DNA of 64,000 nt from positions 90,982 to 154,981 of the forward strand of contig VXPQ01000032.1 in the NCBI GenBank assembly GCA_009839485.1, read 5' to 3'. This stretch comes from Bacteroidetes bacterium SB0662_bin_6. Lineage in GTDB: Bacteria; Bacteroidota; Rhodothermia; Rhodothermales; VXPQ01. Position 1 is the first letter of the stretch. Every line of letters starts with the position of its first letter. The position numbers and the translations under genes are program-made. The notes below the pieces were generated by a model, which made no database searches, was not told the DNA's origin, and worked only from the letters and a program-made list of their open reading frames with translations. Shown piece by piece: positions 32,404 to 42,713 of this stretch.

Positions 32404-32549
32404 AGCGCGCTTCCGGAAAGGGATGTCATGGGGTGTCGCACATGCTTTTACATTGGATGAAACCGTGGCGACCCATGTAAAAGTAACCCAGGACTATCAA
32501 GGAAACACGGGGACTCTCCCTGCTCTGAAACACCAGAGCACGTACGAAA

Positions 32550-33905
32550 TCACGATTTTGCGGCAAACTTGCGCTCGATGTCGTCCATGCGAGAAGGCAT
32601 GGCGAACACGATAGCCTGATCCCCGGCGGTTATGTGCGTATCTCCAGTGGCAATGAATACTTCGCCTTCATGTAATACGGCGCCAATGAGTGCGCCAGAC
32701 AGCAGTTGCAATTCTCTGAGAGGCTTTTGGGATATCCACGACCGGGGTTTAGCCTCGATTTCGACGATCTGGGCATCCAGACCATGTATGGTGGCCACGC
32801 TCCGCACATGCGTTCCACGCAGATAACGGTGAATCTCTCGGGATACAGCCAGTTTTTTACTGACAGCTGCATCCAGGCCGATACTCTGACTGATCGGGAT
32901 GTACGTATTCTTGGAAAGCAACGCTACGGTTTTCCTGACGCCGAGATGCTTTGCCATGAGACAGGTAACCAGATTCGATTCCTCGTCATCCGTCACCGCT
33001 ACAAAGGCATCCATTTCACCCAGCCCCTCCTGAACCAGTAAATCTATATCGGTGGCGGCGCCGTGGATGACGAGCACATTCTTCAATATCTCCGCCAGTT
33101 TCGCCGCCCGCTCCTTGTTTGGCTCCACAAGTTTCACGGTCTTGTTCTTTTCGCATCCGAACTGGGAAGCGACCCCCACACCCACTGCGGTTCCGCCAAG
33201 AATCATGATGTGATTTGCCCGGGTCTCCGCCTTGCCCATCATAGCAGATATATATCCCATGTATTTCGGCAGGGCAAGCACAAAAACCTGATCACCTTGC
33301 CGGAGCGTATCGCTGCCCCCGGGAATAATCGTACGAGCGCCCCGGCTAATGCCCATTACGCGAAACTGCACATGGCTATGGGCCGCCGCTATATCCTGGA
33401 GTTTTTTTCCCGCAACGGGGGCATCAGGATCAATCCGGAGACCCATCAACTGCAACCGGCCATCGGCGAAATCGAGAATGTCGGTGGCGCTGGCGCGGCG
33501 CACCAGCCACACCACTTCATTGGCGGCGCTTTCTTCCGGGTGAATGACAAGATCAATCCCGAAATCGCTCGTCTTGAGCACAGACTGGGCACGAGTGATT
33601 TCATCAGACCGGACACGGGCAATCGTCGTGGATACACCGAGTCGGTCCGCCAGCATACAGGCAATGATATTCACTTCGTCCACGGGCGTTACAGCGATCA
33701 GCATATCCGCCCTGGTTATACCTGCCTCATCAAGCACCTCCGAGGATGTACCATTGCCGACAATGACCATCACGTCGAGTTTTTCATGAACCTGACGGAT
33801 GGCGTCGGCATCCTGGTCGATGACCACGACGTCATGCTCCTCGCGTGACAGCATACGGGCCACATCGTAGCCTACTTCACCGGCTCCTACGACAATTATG
33901 CGCAA
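32550..33905 (-). CDS. trkA: Trk system NAD-binding subunit TrkA
   Basis: 451 aa. Two Rossmann motifs (MRIIVVGAGEVG..., ...IMILGGTAVG...), each followed by a TrkA-C/RCK_C-like segment. Confidence 0.93.
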   Translation of the reverse strand: MRIIVVGAGEVGYDVARMLSREEHDVVVIDQDADAIRQVHEKLDVMVIVGNGTSSEVLDEAGITRADMLIAVTPVDEVNIIACMLADRLGVSTTIARVRSDEITRAQSVLKTSDFGIDLVIHPEESAANEVVWLVRRASATDILDFADGRLQLMGLRIDPDAPVAGKKLQDIAAAHSHVQFRVMGISRGARTIIPGGSDTLRQGDQVFVLALPKYMGYISAMMGKAETRANHIMILGGTAVGVGVASQFGCEKNKTVKLVEPNKERAAKLAEILKNVLVIHGAATDIDLLVQEGLGEMDAFVAVTDDEESNLVTCLMAKHLGVRKTVALLSKNTYIPISQSIGLDAAVSKKLAVSREIHRYLRGTHVRSVATIHGLDAQIVEIEAKPRSWISQKPLRELQLLSGALIGAVLHEGEVFIATGDTHITAGDQAIVFAMPSRMDDIERKFAAKS

Positions 33906-33981
33906 TGCAAAACCGCAGATATGGGATCAGCGCAACAAAGGATACTCCCGGTTCTTCGAACGCAAGGTGTGCAGGAAAGGT

Positions 33982-36900
33982 TCAGGAAGCGGTGGCGCTG
34001 TCGTCGATCAAAGGAAAACGCACCTCAAAAACAGTTCCCTTGCCGACCTCTGTCGTAAATCCGATGGTTCCCCGCATCTCTTCAACACTCTTCCTCACGA
34101 TAGCCAATCCGAGTCCGGTACCGCTTGTTTTCGTCGAGAAGTGCGGTTCAAAAATTTTCTGGGCCACCGCTTCTTCAATCCCCGATCCATTATCGACCAC
34201 ATAGCTGCATCCCCATACCTTTCCAGCCACCTCTTCCAGTTCGGTGCGCACCTCGACCCTGCCCGTTTCCGGCGCTGAAATAGCCTGGAGGGCGTTTTTG
34301 ATCAGGTTGATGTAGGTACGGCGCAATTCCGCCCGGTCGGCTTCGATAAAAAGCGGAGCTTCGGATAAAGCGGATCGGATACCGATCTCACTTTCTTCCT
34401 GCATCAATGAAACGGCTTCCCGGATCACGTCATTCATATCTATACGCTGCATCTCGCGGGAGGGCATCCGGGCAAACGCATGAAACTCGCTCGCTATACG
34501 CGCCAACGAATCAATCTGCTCGATCAGCGTACCCGTAATGCGGTCGAAAACCTGACCAAATCTATTCCGGGCGTCCAGCTCGTTCCCCCGGTCCGTGAAA
34601 GCCTGACGCAGATGCTGCACGGACAGTTTCATGGGAGTAAGCGGATTCCTGATTTCGTGAGCCACCTGTCGCGCCATTTCCCGCCACGCAAGCTGACGTT
34701 CCTGCCGGGCCAGCTTGATCTGACTCTCGGAAAGCTGTTGCTGCATTTCATTGAATGTTTCGACAAGTTCCCCGATCTCATCGCGCGAATCAACCGGAAG
34801 TGTATTGCCGAAACGTCCCACAGCAACCGCCTTCAGGCCGGATCGAAGCCGGGCGATCGGCTTCGATATGGCGTTCGCAAGCAACAACCCCGTCAGCACC
34901 ACAAGCAGCACGAGAAGCAACAACGAACCGAAAAGGTAAGCGACGGTATCCGCACGTTCCTCCTCAATGATTTCCTGCTCGGGAAGAATGGGGGTGGAAA
35001 CGACATAACGCGGACTTCCCTCTTCTCCGACAAACGCCCTGAATCCCGCCATATACGTAAAACTTCCTACGCGCTCGTCGGTGAACGTAACCCGGTCCGC
35101 ATCGGTGTACAATGCCTTGTACGCCTCGATCGGCAACCGCCGATCTACGAGCCGGTCACGAATCAGTTGCGGGCGGCTGAGGCGGGAGATCGTATGCCCT
35201 TCATATACATTCAAGTCAATGCCTACGCGGGCTGCCAACGAATCGATAGGCATGCGGTCAAGCACGCTGGATGGACGTTCGCCGTGGCGCGCCTCTGCCG
35301 CCAGTACCTGTTCGACGCGATCAAGGTGCCGGTGGAGCCACCGCTGTACGGATTGCCTGCTTTCGACCGTGACTGCTTGCTCTCCCACCACACCGACAAG
35401 ACCTACCAGGATAATGCCAATTCCGATAAGCGCGTTCAGCACCTTGTCCCGGAAGCGAATATGGGGAGCTGGCAATAGCCCCCTCCGGTGACGAACCCGG
35501 ATGCCGACCAGGTAACATAACAACGCGATCACAAGACCGCCCATGGTCAGGCGCAACAGGTAATACAAGTGATCGAACAGGGTAACGTGAGGAGCACGCA
35601 CCGCAAACACCTGCATCGCACCCGGAAATGAATCCATCGCCGGCGCAGGTTCTCCACGCATATAGTAGCTCTGCCAGGCGCCTCCTTCCAATCGCTCGTT
35701 CCTCCAGACAGCCGGTTCATGCAAGAGCGCTTGCGTCACGTCTTCCGGAAGCCGGTATCGTTCGAAATCACGCCCGGTACTCCGAAACAGAAAACCGTCG
35801 CGAAACTCCGCCCCGGAAAACGTATCGAACAAGGCATCGTTCGAACCGGAAGGCAATAATACGCCGGAAATCGGCGTGCCGCCCTCTGCAAACGAGACGC
35901 GTGGCCCCTCCCCTTGAGCGAATGCCTCCGCAGCCGCAATCATGCGCACATGCCGGCTGGCATCCAGCCCCAGATAAAACATGGGGTACAGCAGAAAGGT
36001 CACAAGAAAAACCAGCGGGAAAAGATTCCGAAGCGTGATGAGGTTCATCAGCTGAGCCGACCGCAACATGCCAAGACACACCAGCCCGAAAACAGCTGCA
36101 AGCATATAGCCCAATACGGCAAGAGGAAGCACGGTCCCGATCGGAGTAAGCATATACACTGCGACGACAGGTACGGCAACAGAGAATCCCGCAAGGCCCC
36201 CGAAGGTCCAGGGAGAGCTCCGGGGCGCCAACCGATGAAGTGCTTCCGTAACCGCTACCCATGTCACACCCGCGGCAAGCAGAATCACACCGATCTGCAT
36301 CAGCACAAGACTGCAAAAAACGACCAGCAGATGCAGATCGGGAATAAGCCCCCCCTTGGCAAAAAAGTCGAATGTGCTATGCAAGGCCACATGTCGTGTT
36401 ACAAGCGCCGGTAAAAACAGCAGACCCGCAAGGATACCTGTGCATGCCGCCACCACCCCGGCAAGAACCATCCGCGAAATGCGACGTGGACGGAACAGCC
36501 GGTCTCGTACTTTCCGGAGTGCGCCGACCCATTCCAGGAAAGCCCCGGAAAAGGCAACCAGAAACAGAATGGTGATCAACAATTCGCCGGTGGAGCCAAG
36601 CACCCCTCCGAATAATCCGGACGAAAGATGTGTGGGGTCAAAAAGCGGGGCAAGAGGCGTCTTGCCTTGTTGCCACCGGGACGGAACGTTCATCTCCAAC
36701 AGGATGAAGCGAAGCAACCACCAGTATACAGCACACATCGCGAAGCCTCCTACCACAGCCCACCACCGGTTACGGCTCGGCTTCGCCTGCAAACGCCGAA
36801 CCTCCCGGCGATACAGGCACCACATTCCGCCCATCGTCCAGAAGAAGAACAACGTGGTCCAAAGCGCCATGAGATGATTGGGCAGCACAGCAGCAAGGGC

Positions 36901-37653
36901 CGTCATTTGCCTGACGGAAGGAGCGTCTACGGTAACAAGGCCCAGTACCGTGCCATCTACACCCTGCAGCAAACGTGAGAAAGGTGCAGCCTCTTCAATG
37001 GACACATCGAATGTCAGCTCCACAGGCAGTTTCGCCAGCCTTCGCCATTTAGGAACGAGGCTCACATCCTTGATATATTCGTTGTGGACCGGCGGAGCAT
37101 ATTCTACAAGGCGCATTGCCCTGATAACACCCAACACGCGGGTATCACGTGTTATCGGACGCCATGCAACAATTGCCTGACGAAATGCCCCGTCTTGTGC
37201 AATGCCCGTGTGCAACCCGGTGGGGGATTCCGCTAAATCCGGAGCTGTATCCATGGGCATACTGAATCCATTCCAGGCTACCAGTTCCATCTCCGGAGTG
37301 TACAACTCAACAGATGTTCCGTAGGGTACCGCCATTGCGGAAAAGTAGCGCACGAGTGCTGCCGAATCGGGCTTTGCAAGGGCTCCCTGTGCAGCAAGAG
37401 CCTCCATGACTTCCGGAGCGGAGGCAATGCGTCCGGCGCGTTCGAAGAGATCACGCTGCATAACGCCGAAGTCACGGTCAATGCGATCCAGCGCCGCCGA
37501 GACCACCTTTCCCCGGTACACCTGGGGAGCCTTCTCAATTCGGGCACTGCGTACCTCCCGGAACATCCACGTGAGGGGTATCAGCAAAAGAAGCCCCCCT
37601 GCCACCACCATGAAACGCATGAAGCGTCCTCGAACCGGAAAGAATTTTTTCAT
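33982..37653 (-). CDS. Very large multi-pass membrane sensor histidine kinase (HAMP-HisKA-HATPase; no receiver domain)
   Basis: HAMP ...KPIARLRSGLKAVAVGRFGNTLPVDSRDEIGELVETFNEMQQQL, H-box ARQVAHEIRNPLTPM (NtrY-like), N/G boxes ...DNGSGI..., ...GTGLGLAIV... About 950 aa of N-terminal sensor region carries many TM segments and at least two extracytoplasmic blocks. Track ORF extends to 37776. ATG at 37653 (MKKFFPVRG...) is preferred. Confidence 0.88.
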   Translation of the reverse strand: MKKFFPVRGRFMRFMVVAGGLLLLIPLTWMFREVRSARIEKAPQVYRGKVVSAALDRIDRDFGVMQRDLFERAGRIASAPEVMEALAAQGALAKPDSAALVRYFSAMAVPYGTSVELYTPEMELVAWNGFSMPMDTAPDLAESPTGLHTGIAQDGAFRQAIVAWRPITRDTRVLGVIRAMRLVEYAPPVHNEYIKDVSLVPKWRRLAKLPVELTFDVSIEEAAPFSRLLQGVDGTVLGLVTVDAPSVRQMTALAAVLPNHLMALWTTLFFFWTMGGMWCLYRREVRRLQAKPSRNRWWAVVGGFAMCAVYWWLLRFILLEMNVPSRWQQGKTPLAPLFDPTHLSSGLFGGVLGSTGELLITILFLVAFSGAFLEWVGALRKVRDRLFRPRRISRMVLAGVVAACTGILAGLLFLPALVTRHVALHSTFDFFAKGGLIPDLHLLVVFCSLVLMQIGVILLAAGVTWVAVTEALHRLAPRSSPWTFGGLAGFSVAVPVVAVYMLTPIGTVLPLAVLGYMLAAVFGLVCLGMLRSAQLMNLITLRNLFPLVFLVTFLLYPMFYLGLDASRHVRMIAAAEAFAQGEGPRVSFAEGGTPISGVLLPSGSNDALFDTFSGAEFRDGFLFRSTGRDFERYRLPEDVTQALLHEPAVWRNERLEGGAWQSYYMRGEPAPAMDSFPGAMQVFAVRAPHVTLFDHLYYLLRLTMGGLVIALLCYLVGIRVRHRRGLLPAPHIRFRDKVLNALIGIGIILVGLVGVVGEQAVTVESRQSVQRWLHRHLDRVEQVLAAEARHGERPSSVLDRMPIDSLAARVGIDLNVYEGHTISRLSRPQLIRDRLVDRRLPIEAYKALYTDADRVTFTDERVGSFTYMAGFRAFVGEEGSPRYVVSTPILPEQEIIEEERADTVAYLFGSLLLLVLLVVLTGLLLANAISKPIARLRSGLKAVAVGRFGNTLPVDSRDEIGELVETFNEMQQQLSESQIKLARQERQLAWREMARQVAHEIRNPLTPMKLSVQHLRQAFTDRGNELDARNRFGQVFDRITGTLIEQIDSLARIASEFHAFARMPSREMQRIDMNDVIREAVSLMQEESEIGIRSALSEAPLFIEADRAELRRTYINLIKNALQAISAPETGRVEVRTELEEVAGKVWGCSYVVDNGSGIEEAVAQKIFEPHFSTKTSGTGLGLAIVRKSVEEMRGTIGFTTEVGKGTVFEVRFPLIDDSATAS

Positions 37654-37758
37654 GATGGGGTTATGATTCGGACAAGGCCGCAACAATAACAAGGCGGGAA
37701 ATCTGGCAAAGTTCTTTGCGGGTGTGTATACTCTGCGCTGGTTAGAGCGGGAAACAAC

Positions 37759-40700
37759 ATGATAAGAAAGTCGCAAATTTCATGCCTGACACTACTACTG
37801 TTGCTGCCGATCGTAGCGACAGCCCAAAATGTGACTATATCCGGTGTCGTAACGGACACGGATAACCAGGTGCTTATCGGTGCAAACGTATCCATTACCG
37901 ATTTGCTGCTTGGTGCTTCGACAGATATTGAAGGCCGCTACTCTTTTGAGGTGCCGTCCGTTTATGCAGGACAGTCTTTCGATCTTAAGGTCCAATATAT
38001 CGGCTATTCACCGCAGACCCGGGCCGTCACCATCTCGCCCACGGCAATGACGGAGCACTTTGTGCTTGCCGAGGATTTTTTCAATCTGGATGAGGTCGTC
38101 GTAACGGGGGTGGCTGAAGCCACCCCGAAAAAGAAGCTTGCCTTCACGGTAGATCAGGTCGATAGAGACCTGGTTGAACTTGCGCCGGCGCGGAGTCCTC
38201 TGCACGGCCTGCACGGGAAAGTGGCTGGAGCCAGCGTAATTGCTCAGAGCGGACAGCCGGGTGACGGAATTTCCGTGCGGCTGCGCGGGTCCACCAGCAT
38301 TTCGGGCAGTTCGCAGCCACTCTACATCGTTGACGGTGTCATTCTCGGAGCCGATCAGGTCGACATCGATGCACTGGATATCGAGAATATAGAGATCGTC
38401 AAGGGCGCTTCCGCATCGTCACTCTACGGATCCCGCGCGCAAAACGGAGTCCTTCAAATTTCGACCAAGCGGGGCGATCACATCCCTGTAAACCAGACAC
38501 GCGTGACGATCCGTAATGAGATCGGCACGAACTTTATGCCACGCAAATTTATTCCCAACAATTCGCACAACTATCGGATGAATGCTGCCGGAACCTCTTT
38601 TGTCGATGCAGACGGGAACGATATCCCTTACGGATCCGCGACCGTCATTGACGGGAGTACAGCGGTATCCTTTTTGGACAATCCGTATCCGGGAGTAACC
38701 TATAACGCGTTCGACGAATTTTTTAATCCGGGTAATACATGGACCAATGCCATCGCAGTAAGCCGCAACACGAGAACTACCAACTTTCTTTTGTCATTTG
38801 CGAATCTGACAGAAGAAGGTATCATTGTCGGCCAGAAAGGATATAATCGAAAAAGTGTTCGCCTTAATATGGATCATCACCTGAAACGTACATGGGCTAT
38901 TTCACTCTCAAGTTTCTATTCGACCTCTACGCGTGATGCACCAAATGATGTGGATATCAATCCGTTTTTCGGCATCATGTTTACAAGTCCCGCAGTGAGT
39001 CTTTTGGAGCGGGATGAAAACGGTGAACTCAAAGTGCGCGCCGATCCCTTATCTATTGAAGACAACCCGCTCTACATTATCGAGAACGTCGATGAAGTCC
39101 AAAAACGCTCTCGTATATATGGCAACTTGCGGCAAACCTGGGAGCCTATAGACTGGTTTGACCTCGAAGCCAATCTGAGTTTCGACCGCTCGGACCGCGA
39201 TGGCCTGGAGTTTTATGACAAGGGATATCAGCAGATTGGCAACAATAGTAAGGAAGAGGGCGAAATCGAGCGGAGCAATGCCCTGTCCTCCGCCCTGAAT
39301 GCCAACGTGACGGCTTCCTTTCGCAAGCAATTCGATCGCCTGGTTGCCCGCACACAGTTTCGCTGGGCAAAGGAGGATTTCACCAATGAGGCGGAATTCA
39401 TCAGCGGCAGAGGACTCGCAGCGGCAGGACTTTCGGACCTTTCCAATATCAACACCGATGATAAAATCATCAGCTCCAGCAGTACAACGATCCGTTCCGA
39501 GGGCTTTTATGGCCTGGCAGGCGCGGACTATGCCGACCGCTACATCATCGACGCATTAGTGCGTCGCGATGGCAGCTCGCTTTTCGGTGCGGAGGAGAGG
39601 TGGCAAACCTATTTCCGCCTCAGCAGCGCATATCGCCTATCGGAAGAAACCTGGTGGCCTGCCAGGGATGCGCTTCCTGAATTCAAGCTGCGAGCTTCGT
39701 ACGGCACCGCAGGCGCACGTCCATGCTTTGAGTGCCAATACGAAACGTTTTTTCTCTCCAATGGCCAACTAAGTAAATCGACCCTTGGTAATGAACTGCT
39801 GAAACCCGAATTGCAGAAAGAAACCGAACTGGGACTGGAATTTTCTGTTTGGAATAAGGCATTTGTCGAATTGATATATGCAGATTCCAGAGTGGAAGAT
39901 CAGTTGTTGCTCGTTCCATTGTCTGCCTCAGTAGGATATGAAGGACAATGGCAAAATGCCGGAACCCTCGAGTCTAATACCATAGAGGCATCTGTCCGTG
40001 CATCGTTGTTCCGGAATGCTTCCGGCAGTCTGGATATAGGTGTTGTTTTTGATCGTACACGTCAGGAAATCATCGAGTTTTCTCCCCCGGCGTTCCGGGG
40101 AGGCCCCAAGAATGCCTTCTATATTCGGGAGGGAGAAATTCTGGGAGCCATGTACGGGGACAAGTTTCTGACGGCTCTGGACGAACTGCCCACAGGCGTT
40201 GCAGAAAATCAGTTCCAGGTTAATGATCACGGCTATGTGGTATGGGTCGGCCCGGATAATACCTATACGGACGGCATTGCCAAAAACCTTTGGGGAACTT
40301 CCAGCGACCAAATGACGACCCCCTGTGGGGACAAGTCGTACGGATGGGGCATGCCGATTCTATTCGAGAATGAAGAATGCACGGCATTCTCCAGAATTGG
40401 TAATACCCTCCCCGACTATAATCTGGGAATAAACACCACATTACGCTGGCGCGGAATCACCGTCTATATGCTCTGGAATGCACAGATAGGCGGCGATATA
40501 TACAACGCTACGGCTCAGTGGGGCTACAGGGATAACAGACATAGGGATCAGGACCAGGCAGGTAAGTCCGACGCGCTCAAGAAGACGGCCAATTACATGC
40601 AAGCGCTCTACCACGCGAACGGGACAAACAACCACTTCGTCGAAGAAGGCGACTATGTGAAGCTGCGTGAATTCACGGTGGAATATACCCTCGGCAGAGA

Positions 40701-40926
40701 GCGGCTTTTACGGATGTTCGGCAACGCATTAGGATTACATCGCGTGAGCTTTGGCATCACCGGCCGTAATCTGCTCACCTTCACAAACTATTCGGGGTTT
40801 GATCCCGAAACCGGTCGGACCAGCGAAAACGCCACGGTTGGCGGAGATGCATCGTTGTTCCGTGTGGACCAGTTTCGCTATCCGAACTACCGCAACCTTA
40901 CAGGCAGGGTCACCATTGAGTTTTGA
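37759..40926 (+). CDS. SusC/RagA-family TonB-dependent outer-membrane receptor
   Basis: 1055 aa. Signal peptide ...PIVATAQ, an N-terminal carboxypeptidase-regulatory-like domain (ISGVVTDTDNQVLIGANVSI), a plug (DEVVVTG...), a long beta-barrel and a terminal aromatic residue (...RVTIEF). Confidence 0.92.
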   Translation: MIRKSQISCLTLLLLLPIVATAQNVTISGVVTDTDNQVLIGANVSITDLLLGASTDIEGRYSFEVPSVYAGQSFDLKVQYIGYSPQTRAVTISPTAMTEHFVLAEDFFNLDEVVVTGVAEATPKKKLAFTVDQVDRDLVELAPARSPLHGLHGKVAGASVIAQSGQPGDGISVRLRGSTSISGSSQPLYIVDGVILGADQVDIDALDIENIEIVKGASASSLYGSRAQNGVLQISTKRGDHIPVNQTRVTIRNEIGTNFMPRKFIPNNSHNYRMNAAGTSFVDADGNDIPYGSATVIDGSTAVSFLDNPYPGVTYNAFDEFFNPGNTWTNAIAVSRNTRTTNFLLSFANLTEEGIIVGQKGYNRKSVRLNMDHHLKRTWAISLSSFYSTSTRDAPNDVDINPFFGIMFTSPAVSLLERDENGELKVRADPLSIEDNPLYIIENVDEVQKRSRIYGNLRQTWEPIDWFDLEANLSFDRSDRDGLEFYDKGYQQIGNNSKEEGEIERSNALSSALNANVTASFRKQFDRLVARTQFRWAKEDFTNEAEFISGRGLAAAGLSDLSNINTDDKIISSSSTTIRSEGFYGLAGADYADRYIIDALVRRDGSSLFGAEERWQTYFRLSSAYRLSEETWWPARDALPEFKLRASYGTAGARPCFECQYETFFLSNGQLSKSTLGNELLKPELQKETELGLEFSVWNKAFVELIYADSRVEDQLLLVPLSASVGYEGQWQNAGTLESNTIEASVRASLFRNASGSLDIGVVFDRTRQEIIEFSPPAFRGGPKNAFYIREGEILGAMYGDKFLTALDELPTGVAENQFQVNDHGYVVWVGPDNTYTDGIAKNLWGTSSDQMTTPCGDKSYGWGMPILFENEECTAFSRIGNTLPDYNLGINTTLRWRGITVYMLWNAQIGGDIYNATAQWGYRDNRHRDQDQAGKSDALKKTANYMQALYHANGTNNHFVEEGDYVKLREFTVEYTLGRERLLRMFGNALGLHRVSFGITGRNLLTFTNYSGFDPETGRTSENATVGGDASLFRVDQFRYPNYRNLTGRVTIEF

Positions 40927-40943
40927 ATGACGGGAGATACAAA

Positions 40944-42608
40944 ATGAACGTGTTGCGCAGCATGCGGACCGCAGTATGGATTTCCTTTCTCGTCTTCACA
41001 TGGACCGGATGTGCGGACCTGGTGGTCGAGAACGACAACAGCCCTGACAAAAGTCAGGTGCTGGCCGACCCCAACGATGTGGTCAATCTTATCGGGAGTT
41101 CCTTTCTCGACTTCTGGCGCGCCAATGTGTGGCAAAACGGGCAAATGCCCCTTACGGCAATCGCGGATGAATATTCCTATTCGTGGGCTAATTTTGCCGG
41201 ACGGCATCTCTCTTCCGAGCCACGCGTTGCTTTCGACAACAGCCCGACATTCGCCTACGCCGACGCAATGAAGGAGCCCTGGGACAATAATTATCTGGCC
41301 ATTTCGAATACCTCGGACGCGTTGTCTATCATCAACCAGGATGAGTCGGCATTCGAAGAAGCAGCCAAGCTCAAAGCGTTCGCCAGGTTTATCCAGGGTC
41401 TGTGCCATGGTTACATTGCACTGCGCTACGATCAGGGTTTTACGGTGGATGAAGATTCGGATTTGACTACGCTGGAGTTGAAACCCTACCCGGAGGTTAT
41501 GGAGTTTGCCCTTCAAAAACTGGAAGAGTCAATCGCCATAGCTAACAGCAACCCCTTCACCATTCCTGCTGAAGACGACTGGATATTTGGGCTTACTGTC
41601 ACCAATGAAGATCTGGTCCGACTGGCCCATTCCTTTATGGCGCGGTTTATTGCCTCGGTCGGACGGAGGCCTGCCGAGCGGGCAAGCACCAACTGGGCAT
41701 TGGTAATACAGCATGCCGAACAGGGCATTACGGAGGACTGGGCCCCTGTAGGAAACGATTCGGGAGAACTCGAATGGGATCCGACCAAGGCATGGGGACA
41801 AGAAGGGCGTTCATGGTCTCGCGCAGATTATCGTACGATCGGCCCTGCGGACAAATCGGGAGGTTTCCGGAACTGGCTTAACCAACCGGTTGAAGATCGT
41901 AGCGTATTTGACATTTATACTTCGGACAGGCGCATCGTGGGGCCGGAAGACGGGATGGAAACCATCGTGGCGGGCGAGCAGCGTGACAGAGCGGGTGCTC
42001 ATACAGCAGGAACCGTGCTCACCTACCCTCAGAACAGCGGAACCGACTTCGAATACTGGGGCGTTCCGGGTCCCTTTCCACCCTCTCGAGGCACCTACCA
42101 CTATTCGTCCCACACACATAAGAGATACCGTGCATATCTGGACAACGGCAACAACGGTCCCATGGTCCAATTCAAAGTAACGGAACTGGATATGCTTATT
42201 GCCGAAGGGTTGCTGCGAACCGGAGGAAGTACTGACAGAGCAGCTGAACTCATCAATAAAACGCGTGTGGAGCGGGGCCAATTGAATCCTGCTTCAGGCT
42301 CAGACGCGGTCGGTAGCCCTGACGACGATCAGAGCCCTATGGATGACGCCAGTTTATGGGCAAAACTCAAACACGAAAAAAATATAGAATGCTATCTGGC
42401 CGCAAGCGGCAGAGCGTACTTTGACAAGCGTGGTTGGGGGGACCTGGTGCCAGGAAGCCCCCTTCATTTCGCCGTACCGGGCGGTGAACTTGAAGTGCTC
42501 CAGATACCCATCTATACCTTTGGAGGACCAGGAGGTGAGGATGCAGCTTCCAAGGCGGGCCGCGGCGCCTACCGCACAAGCAACATCTACATTGAGCGTC
42601 CCAAGTGA
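40944..42608 (+). CDS. SusD/RagB-family nutrient-binding outer-membrane lipoprotein
   Basis: ATG at 40944 gives MNVLRSMRTAVWISFLVFTWTGC|ADL (lipobox). Size, position directly after susC and helical TPR-like composition fit SusD. Track ORF starts at TTG 40923. Confidence 0.85.
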   Translation: MNVLRSMRTAVWISFLVFTWTGCADLVVENDNSPDKSQVLADPNDVVNLIGSSFLDFWRANVWQNGQMPLTAIADEYSYSWANFAGRHLSSEPRVAFDNSPTFAYADAMKEPWDNNYLAISNTSDALSIINQDESAFEEAAKLKAFARFIQGLCHGYIALRYDQGFTVDEDSDLTTLELKPYPEVMEFALQKLEESIAIANSNPFTIPAEDDWIFGLTVTNEDLVRLAHSFMARFIASVGRRPAERASTNWALVIQHAEQGITEDWAPVGNDSGELEWDPTKAWGQEGRSWSRADYRTIGPADKSGGFRNWLNQPVEDRSVFDIYTSDRRIVGPEDGMETIVAGEQRDRAGAHTAGTVLTYPQNSGTDFEYWGVPGPFPPSRGTYHYSSHTHKRYRAYLDNGNNGPMVQFKVTELDMLIAEGLLRTGGSTDRAAELINKTRVERGQLNPASGSDAVGSPDDDQSPMDDASLWAKLKHEKNIECYLAASGRAYFDKRGWGDLVPGSPLHFAVPGGELEVLQIPIYTFGGPGGEDAASKAGRGAYRTSNIYIERPK

Positions 42609-42713
42609 CAGGAAGCGGATTAAACAATACGTCAAGTTGTTTCACGAAAGAGACTGACGTACCCGCGCCTCTCGCTCCTTGACATGGCCGGCCCGCGTGA
42701 TAAGGTCTTCCTC

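Noticed and set aside
32404-32549. A c-di-AMP (ydaO-type) riboswitch in front of trkH, because K+ transporters are often so regulated and the spacer contains ACGGGGA.
   Set aside because: The ACGGGGA motif is on the wrong strand. The spacer is too short for the ~130-nt pseudo-symmetric fold, and its other conserved blocks are missing.
42648-42663. A parS-like sequence, TGTTTCACGaaagaga.
   Set aside because: Only the left half-site matches the TGTTTCACGTGAAACA palindrome. It sits in the SusD/FG-GAP convergent gap, far from parAB. No full parS was found by eye in the window.
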